A stretch of 64,000 nucleotides of DNA from Auanema rhodensis. Lineage: Eukaryota; Animalia; Nematoda. Positions within the stretch are counted from its first letter, which is position 1; the number at the start of each line of letters is the position of its first letter. The position numbers were made by a program, and so were the translations under genes. The stretch lies in NCBI GenBank assembly GCA_964057225.1, contig OZ059898.1:14942001-15006000 (forward strand), in the 5' to 3' direction. Under the pieces are notes generated by a model, which was not told the DNA's origin, ran no database searches, and saw only the letters and a list, made by a program, of their open reading frames with translations. Shown piece by piece: positions 1-14,892 of this stretch.

Positions 1-5
1 TACAG

Positions 6-1888
6 AAAAAAGAAACACCTAAAAATGGCATAAGGGAGCCGGTTTTAGAAAAAAGGAAAGCAGCTCTTCCTGATGGTATGCTCATCTTTTTTCTGTTTGT
101 TTAAATGTTGAGTTTAGGAACACCTGGAGGAAAGCGAAAACGGTTGCTCTCTGAACGAGCCGAGAAAGAAATGGCGTATCCTGTTATGGACAAGGATAAT
201 GTATCTATTTGGAATTGGAAAGATTTTCGAATGATTGTAAAACACACGATCATATCTCTATTTTCAACATATATTTTTGCAGAAAGGCCGAAATTGTGGT
301 GTTGGACTTTATAATAATTCAAATGATTGTTTTTTAAACGCTATTCTTCAACTTATAACTCATACTGCACCTCTTGCCCGTTTCATTGTTGAAAAACATA
401 ATACAGATAATTGTGAGTTTCTATTTCTTAATACTTTTGAATAATACAAATTACAGGTTATCGCCCACAAGGCCAATGTTTATGCTGCTCTATGCGAACA
501 CAACATTTCAATCGAGTTTTCAATGCCCAAAATCCTTTCACAGCATCCTGGATTAGACCTCACTTAAAACGTAGATATTTGGGTTACTAATGTGTTAGAT
601 TTGTTACTTTTTTAGGTATTTTCCCTTCCCATATTCATGGTATGCAAGAAGATGCTCATGAATTGTTATCCCTAGTGTTAGATGCTCTAGACCCCCCTCC
701 TGGACACAATAAGAATTCTGGAGCTCCATCTGGAATGTGAGTGAAAATATCACGAACTGGTAAAATTAACATTTCTATTACAGCTTACCGAAATCTTCGA
801 CTCCTATTGAGCAAATATTTGGTGGTACGCTTCGTAATCAAAGTAAGCATTTATATTCCCTTTCGTTATATATACTGTTTTTTTCAGTTACGTGTACTTC
901 TTGCCGTACACCATATATTAATTATGAGCGAATTAGAGAGCTTAATTTGGCTATCAGGTACGAGACAATGTTTGAATAAGTTTGTAGACAAAAATATTTC
1001 CAGGAAAATGGAGGATGGCGAGCCTATTAGAATATCTAGTTTAATGGATATATATTTCCGTGATGAAAATGTTTCAAGCTTTGATTGTAAAAAGTATGCG
1101 TTTTTCAAAATTGTGACTTTCAACATCTTCCTTTAAGATGTGGTAGAAAAACAATAGCTAATAGAGTAACAAGGATATTACGACCACCTGCTGTTTTACT
1201 TGTCCAACTGAAACGATTTAATGCTTTTGGAGGCAAAATTCGGCTTCCGGTCACAGCAGATGTAAGAGTCAATTAATTTCTCCGATTTATATTTCAAAAT
1301 CTATTTTTTTATAGATGGGTGTTGATTTAATGAGGTTTTTGTTTGATGGAAATTCATCCACATCATCTGCTAAATATGTTTTGACGTCTGTAGTAGAGCA
1401 CTTGGGAGCTGGAGTTGACCATGGACATTACATTTCTTATGTTCGTGGATATGATGCCCAAAAATGGTTTTTATTTGACGATGAACAAGTACAGAAAAGA
1501 GTTTATTTCATCATTTTAAACATGTGTTCTTTTCAGATATCTAACATTTCTGCAAATAAAGTAGAGGACAGTAACCCATATTTATTGTTATACAGGTGTT
1601 TATTTCTTTTCTTCGGTTATTTATGAGTGATTTCAGTCGACAAACCGACATTCCGGCTTTTCCCAAATCTCCTGAAACAAGTCGTTCTTTGTCTGTAGGG
1701 AACAAGCAGAATAGTTTTTCAAAAATCAATCATTCCCCGTTTAATAGGTAAGCACTGCTATTTTGAAATATTCTTTTAAACATGTATTGTTAGAAACGGC
1801 GCTAGTTACGGATCAAGCAATGGGTTCAATAAAAAATATTCTAACGGCGGTACCCCCTATAACATGCACAAATGGAAACCAGGCTTGA
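6..1888 (+). CDS. Ubiquitin carboxyl-terminal hydrolase (USP family, USP36/USP42-like), multi-exon, 5' end outside window
   Basis: Spliced exons give Cys box GLYNNSNDCFLNAILQ (about 304-351), QEDAHE motif, STPIEQIFGG, LLVQLKRF, His box VVEHLGAGVDHGHYISYV and WFLFDDEQ, PYLLLY; stop TGA 1886-1888; GT-AG introns throughout. Confidence 0.9.
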
Positions 1889-2487
1889 TCTAGCCTAACA
1901 ACCATTACATCATAGACGTCATAGCTCAATGTTTCACTTTTCATGATGTTTTTTGTAAATAATGTCTTTCTTTGAAGAGACAAGTGTTTTTCTATTTTGT
2001 ATGTCTTAATGCGCATCTTGAAATTATGCGTGATTGTTAATTGTTGTTAAATCCAAAATTTGTTTTTATCTAAAATTATAATAAGGTGATAAGGATCTCT
2101 GAACCCTCAGTAGTCTCATTATTTCAAATATCACATATTAAGACGATTCGATGTAATATTTCGTACTATTTTTTTCACAAATTCCATCTTTTTGCTTCCC
2201 CTTTATTCGGTGATCCGTTTTCAAGTATTGTTTCTCCAATTTATTATGTTTTTACTATTACTTTCTTTGCAATTTTTGTTATCTCATTGTATTGACTATG
2301 TCGATTAGTCAAACATCTATGTTGTAGTTAGTATCTTATACAGAGTTGTATGTTAATTTCCCAAAAAAAAACTTGTTATTCTCTTTTTTTAAACAAGAAA
2401 AATATTAAATATATTTCTATTGCTCAAAGTTTTTTAATACAGACAAAAAGTATTATATATATAAACATAATTATATTTCCTATAAAA

Positions 2488-4367
<1,880 letters not shown>

Positions 4368-4902
4368 TCTATAAAAAATTAAGTCAGTAAAAGACAATGT
4401 ATTGGTCAGCGACAAATAAAACGTTTGCTATCTCATTTCTTTGGCGATTGGTTAAATCTATCGAAAAAGCGTTGTACGAATGAAGGCCAGGAGGCGACAT
4501 TGATAAGAATTGAAAAAATTGAAAGAACTGGATAAAGCATGTATTGAAATCCACGATTTTCTTGACTAAACTTTACTTTAACCTTTGTGGGAACACGCAA
4601 TACTGCTCGATTAGTAATTGTAATGCTCCAAGGACAATTTGAAAAAACAATGATGAATTGGGCAGCGACAAGATGAACTCCGGAAATTCCGTGAGCTATT
4701 CTTATCAAGCTGACTATGGGTCAAAAGTATGGTCCTTATCTTGGCCATTACATGTGTCCAAAGAATAATTTGATACTATCTCTCTTTTTGACATAATGTT
4801 ACTAAATCCTATGAAAGAAAGTAAATTTAGAAATGTTCAGGGGCACATACTCATGTGGACCTCGCTTTCTTGCCGGTATATGCCAACAAAAAACGAATAA
4901 AA

Positions 4903-6373
4903 ATGATTTCTGTCACAAAGGGGCAGCTTCTGCTTCTTAATCTCTTTGTTGCGATCTTAATTTTATTATATGTTTCCTCTACAAATAATTCCACAAACGA
5001 CCTGGCTCTCCAATTAAAGAATATTCCTAAGAAGCCTTACATAGTTCTTTATAATAGGGTAAGAATACTTTAATTTTGAAATATTAAATTTTAGAAATAT
5101 TAACAATTTAGATACCTAAAACAGGATCAACTACTTTTACTAATGCTGTGGCCTATGACTTATTCAAAACGAATGGTTTCAACGTTATTCACTTAAATAT
5201 GACCAAGAATCGTCAGGTAACTTAAGGCATTTGCTAATGAAAATCATAATTTATTATTAAGATTATGAGTATTCCTGATCAATACGATTTTGTTACAAAT
5301 ATAAGTAATTGGGATGATCGGCTTCCAGCGTTTTATCATGGTCATGTAGCTTATATTGACTTCCAAAGGTACACAATCTTAATGTAATGTTGCAATATAT
5401 TGCATCTGAAAACTTTTAAACACAAAGCGATTTATACCTCTTCAAATCATCAGTCGTTGATTGACGTGTGGGTGTGTGAATTATATGCTAATGTCGTACA
5501 TGCACGCTATGCACGAAGACTACGCCGACATTATGTTATTTGTTTAGGTTCGGCTATACGAATCCGATTTATATTAATCTACTGAGGGAACCATTGGATC
5601 GGCTACTTTCACATTATTATTTCTTACGTTATGGTGATAATTATCGAGTGGGGTTGAAGCGAAGTCGTGCAGGAAATAACGAGGTAAAATCAGGGATATA
5701 TAGGTATTTACAATCTTTTTTCAGACATTTGATCAATGTGTTGCAAGGTCTGGCAAAGATTGTGATCCTAAACAGCTATGGATGCAAATTCCTTATTTTT
5801 GTGGGCATCATCACTTTTGTAGGTAGGAGTTTTTCACAATGATTGTTAGTTTTCTTCTCATTTTCAGTGACGTAGGAAATCCTGAAGCCTTAGCTCAAGC
5901 TAAAAAAAATTTAATTGATAGGTATCTTCTCGTGGGAGTGAATGAAAGAATGCGGGATTTTATCGCATTATTAGAAAAGGCTTTTCCTCCATTTTTCAAG
6001 GGGGCTTTATCTCATTTCGATGGATTAGATGGTATGATATGCTTTGTCAATATGCGTTGTTTCAAATTTTGCGGTTTAGAAAATCGTGCTCATTTGAGAT
6101 ATACCAAGAAAAAGGTTTTGCCAACTGAGGAAACCTTGAATATTATTAAGGAAACTGACTCTTATAAAATGGAAAGAGAATTTTATGATTTCGCTAAAGC
6201 AGAATTCGACGCTATTTTCAAGTATTTCTTTTTGTTTATAATTTGTTTACGTATATCAACAATTCAGAAAAGCAACTAATGGTACGGATAGAGCTGAGAG
6301 TATTGCACTGCTATCAAAGCAGTATCACTTTGAAAAAATTAAACCAGAAAGAGGGATTAGAACAAAACTGTAA
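4903..6373 (+). CDS. hst-2: Heparan sulfate 2-O-sulfotransferase (type II membrane protein)
   Basis: N-terminal TM ([16 protein letters not shown]), 5'-PSB motif [23 protein letters not shown], 3'-PB motif [27 protein letters not shown]; stop TAA 6371-6373. Confidence 0.93.
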
Positions 6374-6728
6374 TTATGGGTACATTTATAGCCATTTTTA
6401 AATTACTCAAATCTTTTATCTCGTGTACACGTACTGTATAATAATATTTATATTTTATATATTATTTTTTTGTCACAATAAACGAAAACAAAGCAAATAA
6501 ATGGTCAAGGCTTTGGTTCTTAACTGTCAACCAATTATTCAAATTTTATGGGCGAGATCTGCAAACGAAGGGTTCTGCAAGAACGTTAAGTATTGAAACA
6601 TTGTAGGTAAGACCTGTGTTAGCGATATAATTGATTATTATGCTGTTAGGATGCTATTGGTTCAATGAAGAATTGATTATATTTGAATTTTCAGAGTTTT
6701 TCTCCGTTGAATGATATGTAGGTCCTAA

Positions 6729-9700
6729 TTAATGCTTTCGCTTATATTCTTTGCAGCAAATTTCAGTACATCGTTGCAATGATTTGAAGTTGTTCAGGGT
6801 TCCTTCGCAGCCTCCATACTTATATTGAATACATGTGTCCGTTTCGGCATTGTATCCATATCGAACTTCAGTACCATTACATGGTCCTTGTTCTCTTGGA
6901 GAAAGACAGAAATCCATGGGATCCTATAACTCCTTTTTGTTTTTTGAAAATTTCCGTTCATTACTTACCTGACAGCAAATGGAAACATTGAATTCACTGC
7001 TCATGTGACAAATGAATCCTTCTGGGCATCCCTTGTCAATTCCACACGAGATGACTTGTTCATCTTCGATGAGAGGAATTCCATGTGGGCAATAATTACG
7101 GTAGACTGCGGAATTAGAATTATGTTTCGCATTTAATATTTCAAAAAAAAATTTATTACCTGGACATGCTGTTTCACATGTCATCTTGCTGATGAAGTTG
7201 TTTTCATTTCCTCCAATACCTCCGTATGTGAATGGAGCACATCTGATTCAATTTCATATAAAACGTGTTACATATGTTCTTACCTGTTTTGTTTTTTGTC
7301 GAAGAACCAACGTGGTAAATCTTCATTGGCTGACCCTGCTGCCACAGGTTGATCACAAGGATCTACATTTCGTTTTGGACAGCAAACTGTATTCAGTGGT
7401 GATCCTCCTATATGGCAATAGTGACCACCTGGGCAGCTATCTAGCTGGAATAACTATTTGTATACCAGTTACTTTATAGTTTATCTTACGGTATGTGTTC
7501 CTGTACATTGCACCATGTCTCCGTTTCTATCAGTAAGTGGATTGCCAAAGCCACATGGATTTAACTCTTTGCAGGCTTGACGACAAGCCTGTTTGGTGAG
7601 GAAATTGTTTGAGTTACCCTTCATTCCCTTATAAACAAATGGTCTACACATCTGTAATTTGCAGCACAATCACTTTAACTATCTGTTCAAGCAGCCATAC
7701 CTGAATTCCTCCATCATAGAACCAACGTTCTAAGCTATAGCTTCCTTCTCCGACTTCGATTGAAAGATCGCAAGGGCGACGAGCTATAAAGGAAGTATTA
7801 TGTACACTCACAGATCTGTTGCTTTTAATTTTTTAAAAGTTCACTACTGTTCGTAAAACTCTTACTTCCAGGACAGCAGTTTGTTGTTTCTGGAGTAGCT
7901 CCTACATGACACCAATAGCCATTTGCACACGTATCTTCTCCACCACAGATCACAGGTTCTTTCATTGCAGTTGTGAGAGGCTCTCCAAGTTTACAAGGAT
8001 TTGGCATAACGGGACACATTGATTCACAATCTTCCATGGTAAGGAAGTTGTTAGCATTTCCCTTAGATCCTTGGTAAGCAAATTCCCGACATCTTTTGGT
8101 GTCCTTATCGAAATAATATCTATAAAAGTCCCAAATTGAACAATAATAGCGAATTTGATACTAACCTGGCAAGAGCGAGACCTCCTGTTCCACTTGATAA
8201 GTCTTGGGTACATGGATCACCATCTATAACATGTTTAATATGTATATACAAAATTTATCTTTTACTTTTAGGACAACAGTAGTTGGTCTTGTCATCAGAT
8301 CCGATATGACAGAAATGAGTCGATGGGCAACGCTCAGTAGGATTACAAACCTATAACATCAAAATGTTTTTCATTTAATATTACGTTGAGGACTAATCAC
8401 GTATTCTCTTATGCTTACAAACCTTTGGCTGCGATCCGATCAAGAGGGGTTTACCACTTGAACATGGGTTTTCATATACAGGACAAACAGCCATACAATC
8501 ATCCTGAGTAAGGAACATATTCTGTAACAGGATTCAGTACACTGATACTTATAAGCATATGATACCTGATTACCACCCTCTCCACTGTAGATGAATTTGA
8601 CACATTTCTTCTGAGTTGAATCAAAGTGCCATCTAGTAAGATATGAGCTACCGATACCCTTTTCCATTGGGAGATCGCATGTATTTTGAACTAGAAATCA
8701 TAACGATGTGATAGGAAACTTGAGTTATAGTATACCAGCAGAACAGCAAACTGTTGTATCAGGAGTAATACCAACATGACACCAATGAGTGTTTGGGCAT
8801 GGTGACGTTGGGGAACAGAGTCTGGGAGTGTTATCGGGAGTCATGAGCATCGCGCTTGTAGGCCCACATGGTGATTTGCATTCACCTAAATAAGTTGTAA
8901 TTAATCTCAAGTCGCACAGTCATTAACGAACGTTTGCATTTCTCTTCACATGCTTCCTTTGTTAAGAAATTATTCTGATTTCCCTTAGTACCCTTGTATG
9001 TGAATTGCTTGCATGGCCTTCCACAAGATTTATCATTAGGGTCAGCATACCATCTATAATTTGTGTTTTAGTTTAAGATTACTAGTATCGAAAGTTGAAG
9101 AAAGCATAAACGATAATGAAATTAGTTCCTACCTTGTTAAGCTAGATGAGCCTTCTCCAGCTGTTATTGGCTGTGAGCATGGATCAAGAGAAACGGATGG
9201 ACAACAGACAGTTGTATCAGTAGAGTTACCAACATGACACCATTGAGAAGATGAGCATTCGTCTCCATCAATGGAACATTCTTTTTTCTGTGCAACATTA
9301 AGAGAAGTAGGGCATGGATTAGTCCATTCTAAAGATTTTTAAGCATTATATGCTGTTCCTGCAAAGTTTAATCTAACTATGACATGTATCCTGACATTGC
9401 TTGATGGTTAAGAAATTATTTTCATTTCCACGTGTTCCTTTATATACAAATTCTGTGCATCTCTTTGAGAATGTATTATAATAATATCTGAAAATTTTTA
9501 TAACTTTCATGAATTGCTCGTCTAATCTCAATATCTTTACCTCTTTAATATAGCTTTTCCCTGTCCTACATTGAGAGCCAAAAGGCAGGGATCGTTAACT
9601 GAAGAAGAAATATAAATTCAAAACTTGTGAAAGTTACGTCATTTATTGCTCTTTCCCTTTTTTTCGAAAAAAGACGTTTTTTTTTGTTGCGCAAAATTGT

Positions 9701-11342
9701 CTAAGATTAAGACTTTCACGTGCTTGGTCACACAAATAATAGGATCAAATATGGAGTATGAAAGCTCAGTTCTATGCTTTGTGGGCGCCACTCTATGGCT
9801 TTGACGTACTACAGTTTTTGTGCAAACAATGCATTTTCAACTTACTTCCGCTGGACTCGCAGCAAGCTGTCATCTCCGGATTTTCACCGATATGACAATA
9901 GAAGTTCGTTGGGCACATTGAGTCATCGTTTGGCCCACAGATGATTCGAGAGTTATTCCGATGACGTGCTGCTTGACTAAAGCGGCATGGATTGGAGTTA
10001 TCGATGGTGACGGCCATTTCGCATGCATCTTGACATTGTGCCTTATTCACGAAGTTATTCTGATTACCACGAATGCCCTTATAGAGGAATCTGTAAATTT
10101 GTAGCGTCAGAGACGTGAGATTTACAAACATCTTGGAAAAATAGGGAAAAACAAAGCGAATGTATGTGATTTTGATATAAAAAATGGATGAACTGATGAA
10201 AGAATTGTACATACCGTTTACAGACGCGAGATTGTTTGTCGAAGTACCATCTTGCAACCAATTCATTTCCTTCACCAACATCACGTCTTTGGTCACATCG
10301 ATCAGCTGATTAAATGATTTTTCAGTTAGTTATAAGGAAATAAAAGATTTTCTACTTTTATCAGGTCTTGGACAGCAGGCTGTTGTAGCGAATGAAGCAC
10401 CGGTATGACACCAGTATTCCTCTGGACATCCACCGTTGGGTTGATTAAGGTAATTGCAAGATATGGGAGTATCAAATTCATTAAGAAGGGCACGCCCAGT
10501 TGGACATGGATTGAAGAATTCTGAAAAGAAACGAACATAATTTTTATGAAAATCGCTTATTTCTTACTGGGTTTCACTGTTTGCTTACGCTCAGGGCGCA
10601 TGTATCGTGTTGTGGGGGTTGTACCTTCTGTCTGTAATGTCTCAGCGGATGTTCCTTCTGAACAATAGATTGGTTTTTGATGTCAATTAGCATACTATTC
10701 ACCTGGTGACGGAGTAGGCAAAGTTGTTGATGGCAATGTAGTGATTTCGGGAGTAGTTGAAGGCACAGTTGATGTTTGAGTTGTTGAAGTGGGGGGTGTT
10801 GTTACAGCTTCTGGAGGAGGTGTGGGTAGAGTACTCGTGATCTGAAAACTTAGTTTTAATCACATTTATGATTCTCAGCTTCTAACCTGAGTAGGTGGGT
10901 ATGTTGCCACCGTTTGAATTGTTTGAATAGGTACAAATGGCTTGGTCTGGATAGTTTTGATTTGAGGACGAACCACATTCACCACAGGAACTACATAAAT
11001 TGAAGTACTGATTGTAATGAGATTTCAAGAATAAAAATATACCAACTGGTCGATAATTCCATCTATATCGTGTTTGTTGATTGCATTTGTTATTACAATT
11101 TGTTCTAACAGGATAATAAAGTTGCCGTTGTTGAGTTGGCTGTACCCTCTGTTGTAGGACAATCTTCTGTGTTTGTTGTACTGGTCGATAATAAACCTGA
11201 AATAAACACATTAAAATGCAGCAAAACTTCGAAGTTTATAATGAAAATATCATTTTTGCTTTAGAAAGTAAGAAAAGGTTTCTATTAAGCGAACCTGGGA
11301 TAAGGCTGTTGTAACAAGAAATGATAGTAATAACAGTCGCAT
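6729..11342 (-). CDS. Secreted protein with 8 BPTI/Kunitz domains alternating with nematode Cys-rich (EB/lustrin-like) modules and an N-terminal Gln/Thr/Pro-rich region
   Basis: Signal peptide MRLLLLSFLVTTALSQ; eight repeats of C-x-RWYFD-x-C-x-FxYxGxxGNxNNF-x-C-x3-C, each separated by NPC...CP...WCHVG...TVCC modules; stop TAA 6729-6731. Confidence 0.9.
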
Positions 11343-13145
11343 GTCTAACTGAAAAAAATTAATTTTTTTTAAATATTAGCAAATCATGATGAATATTTGA
11401 AAATATTTAAGAAACATAAAAGTCTAAGAAAAAAGAATGAAACATAACGATCACATATTAATTATTGAAGGAAGATGAACGAAATGCAGCAGGTATATGA
11501 TGAAATTCAGAAGAGCTCAGGCGTTGTCGTGATCGTTGTCATTGTCATCTGAGGACTACGCTATGAAATAAATGATTTTCTCTCTTGACTGTCAGTTGTC
11601 CGCCGGCGTGAACGGTCATACGAAGTCGGAATAGTCGTTTAACTGACCGGAAGTGTAAATATGAAGAGGTGAAGAGTTTGAGACGAAGTTGGCTGAGAGG
11701 TGGCTAAGTCGAAAAGAGGAGGAGTCAATGAGAGGTGAACTAAGAAAAAACCGGAAGGAGAATAGGCACACGACAAGAGCATATAGAGAGTAAGTGTAAA
11801 ATTAGGAAAAGTTTGAAAATAACGGAAGAAAGTGAAGCTGTATGGATACGAAGCAGCGCAACAGCTTAGACAGCAAGGTAAATGTCGAAAAAACGGAGGA
11901 TGAGGATGTGATAATAGGAAGAGAAACAAGGAAAAGGAACGAGATGTTTAGATATGTATACGAATCTAAAGCAGGAAGATGAAGAATTTATTTGAGTAAA
12001 ACTGATTTTTCAATGAGCATGACAAGCATGTTAAGTGTGAGCTTAACCTTTTGATTAAAGTTGGATTAATAGAACACTTTCATGGAAAACTCTTATTTAC
12101 TTCTTTTCAACAAAACTTCAAAAATTTTGTTTTAAATGTTGTTTCAAGTTTTTATTTCTCCTTTTGGTTGTATTCTTTTCATTTATCTATTTCAGTATGC
12201 TTCTAAGAGAAAGTGAGAGACAGAGATACACAGAGAGAAATGTCCGAAGTGAAAATGAAGTTTAGGCATGCAGATCAAGCTTTTCTTAGTGCGTAGATCA
12301 GATAATCAACTGTGTCTTGATCATCGTCACGTAATATACACACAAATCAACATATTTGTTGTTCTAATTGAATATATATAAGTAAGAGTTAAGAAGAGAG
12401 TACGTATGAGTAACTGCGTCCCGACTCGTACTAAGTATACTCTGACCAGACGACGTTGTTTACCTTAAGAAACTTGCATCAACAATGACACGCGGCTCTC
12501 ATGTTGCACCTAAATGGATTTTCATTTGAAATTTGTTTTAATAGATGAATCATAATTCTATCCTAATCAGTATATATGAAATTAAGAAATTTATTAACAC
12601 TGAAAATGCATTAAATGAAGAAAAGGAAGTTAAATATTTTAAACGCAAAGATATCTCAATTCATATATGAGTTTCTATTAAAGATAGGTGAAAATCCGAT
12701 TATATGTTTTTCATGACGTGAAGTTCTATGCTGTCTGTAGTATGACTGCTCCATGAATGGAAAGTAGAAAGCAAAAAAATTAAAAGATATTCGATGATAT
12801 ATCAATAATCTGATATGAATGATGAATATTAGGTGGTTGCATGGATTCGCGGCCCCCTTTTAAAAATTAAAAATGTTATGATATTTTTAAGAAATTATGT
12901 AAAAATGTTATTCAAATTTGAAAATTGTGTGTCAATAAATACGTAGCCATTATACCTGCAAATGATTATTGACAAATCGACATGAGTATCGATTTGAGTT
13001 AAATTAGATAATCGAATTGATTTTTATGAGTTATATCGATTGCATAGTTTTTTTTCGAAAGCTCACAAAAGCTTTTCTTTTCTAACTTTAAAAAAAAACT
13101 TTTCTCCTTGATCATAGAATATATTCAATTGAGAATTTACAGAAC

Positions 13146-13236
13146 TTGGATATTTAGAGGTGTAGAATCAGTATTTCTTAGTGAAATTTGCCGAGGACCT
13201 CTGTATTTTCCGGAAAAAAAAGTTTATGTCGAGCCC
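13146..13236 (+). repeat. Diverged solitary partial copy (about 90 bp) of the 199-bp satellite unit, ending at CCC followed by TTAA
   Basis: ttggatatttagaggtgtagaatcagtatttcttagtgaaatttgccgaggacctctgtattttccggaaaaaaaagtttatgtcgagccc is colinear with satellite ttgggtattcagatgtgtagattctgaattttctattgaaaattgccgaagacctctctattttccggaaaaagggtttatctcgacccc. Confidence 0.85.
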
Positions 13237-13320
13237 TTAATATTTTCATTGGTCAAAGTCTCGCAAACACAACAAGTAGGACTAAAGTTACCTTGGTCAT
13301 TTTGTAAATTCTCCTTTCAG

Positions 13321-13948
13321 GGCCTTCGACCTAACGTAACTTACAACTTACAACCCCGGTAACTTGGTCAAGCAAGATGTAGGTCCAACGGATAGTCTCG
13401 GCGTTGTAAATGAGGTAATTAAACTTTTCCTGCTCTGTTAATTGAATATTTGCAGATAACATCATCTATATTGAATAGATCAGCGTCTATTCGACAACAA
13501 TCACAACAGCAACAACAATAGCAGCAACCTCAGACGCAACAGCCGACTGCTCGTATTCCTGGTAATGGAGTAAACTCTGCTATGATGGGAGGAGTTCTTA
13601 CGGCTTTTGCTGGCATGAATTTGAACCACGGTACAAATGTGAGTTACATATGAAAAAACATATCATGAACTAACTTGTTCCAGGCCAGGGCAACTAGACC
13701 GACTCCTAAGCCCAAGCCTCCTGTAAAGCCAAAACTATATCCTGTTGTCACTGCTCTTTATGCTTATGATGCACAAGACACTGACGAATTATCATTCAAC
13801 GTAGGAGATGAAATCGAACTCACGCAAAAAAGTTAGTCAGCTTTTTCTTTGTACAACTCAATTTTAAATTTCAGACGAATCTGATTGGTGGCAAGGTAAA
13901 CTTGGCGGTATTGTCGGGTTTTCCCCCGCAAATTATGTGCAACAGTAA
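13321..13948 (+). pseudogene. 3' fragment of a long-tailed class I myosin (hum-1/MYO1E-like): Pro/Gln-rich tail plus SH3 domain, introns retained
   Basis: Exons encode [66 protein letters not shown]; premature TAG at 13519-13521, first exon has stops and a frame break; no motor-domain exons upstream. Confidence 0.8.
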
Positions 13949-14892
13949 CTTACTTTCTGTACATAAAAAACTTCAAAACAAAAATTGACCGTCTCAGACT
14001 TCGGCCGTTGCCAAGAGTTTAGTGTTGTACTATGCTTTACAAATTGCTCATACTAGATCTTTTTATTATTATTAAAATTGCTTGTGTTACATTACTGGTC
14101 TGTGATTAATTGAAAAACTCATATTTGCTTTTAAAGATATTTATTTATACTATCAATATAATAAAATTTAATAAAAGTTTTTTTCATAACATTGGTCTTT
14201 TTATATTTTATTATAAACAAACCGCTAATTTTTACAAACAAATTTAAAATATTGAGTAGAGTTTGGTCCATTTTCGAATTAAAAATCTCAAAACACGGTT
14301 GTGTTCCATTTCATTTTTCTAATTCAGATTAATCATTTTAAATTAAATGTTTCAGTGGTTAGTTATCTAGTGAAGTCGGAAAAAGTTGAATAAAATGAAA
14401 AATAAAAATAATTCAAATAATTAAAAGTAAGTTAACTAAATTAACTTCTATTCAATATAAATATGTTTATATATTATTTTATAAAATAAATAAATTAAAT
14501 ATTTGAACAGAATTCATGATTATCAGTGGAGCGCGACAGATTGTTTTGTTCTCTGGCATGGTTTTAAAGAAAAAATATGATTAACAATAGTAAACTCAGT
14601 ATTATCCAACTTCAATATATGAAATCAGACCCGTAGAACCTGAAAAACCGATCAAAATTCGAAAATATGGTCAAAGTAAGGAGATATAACGCCTTGAACA
14701 TAGCCGTTATAGTGAGGCTATATTGCCTTAAGGTTTATATCATATATCCATTTTTTATTTTATCATATAGTTACCAATTATATATAAATGTGGTCAATAG
14801 CCGAAAGGATAAGATGACAGACTGACACTCAAACAGTCCAAGATCGAATCTCCTAGGATACTGAACATAACATAAGGTAAGACAATGATTAT

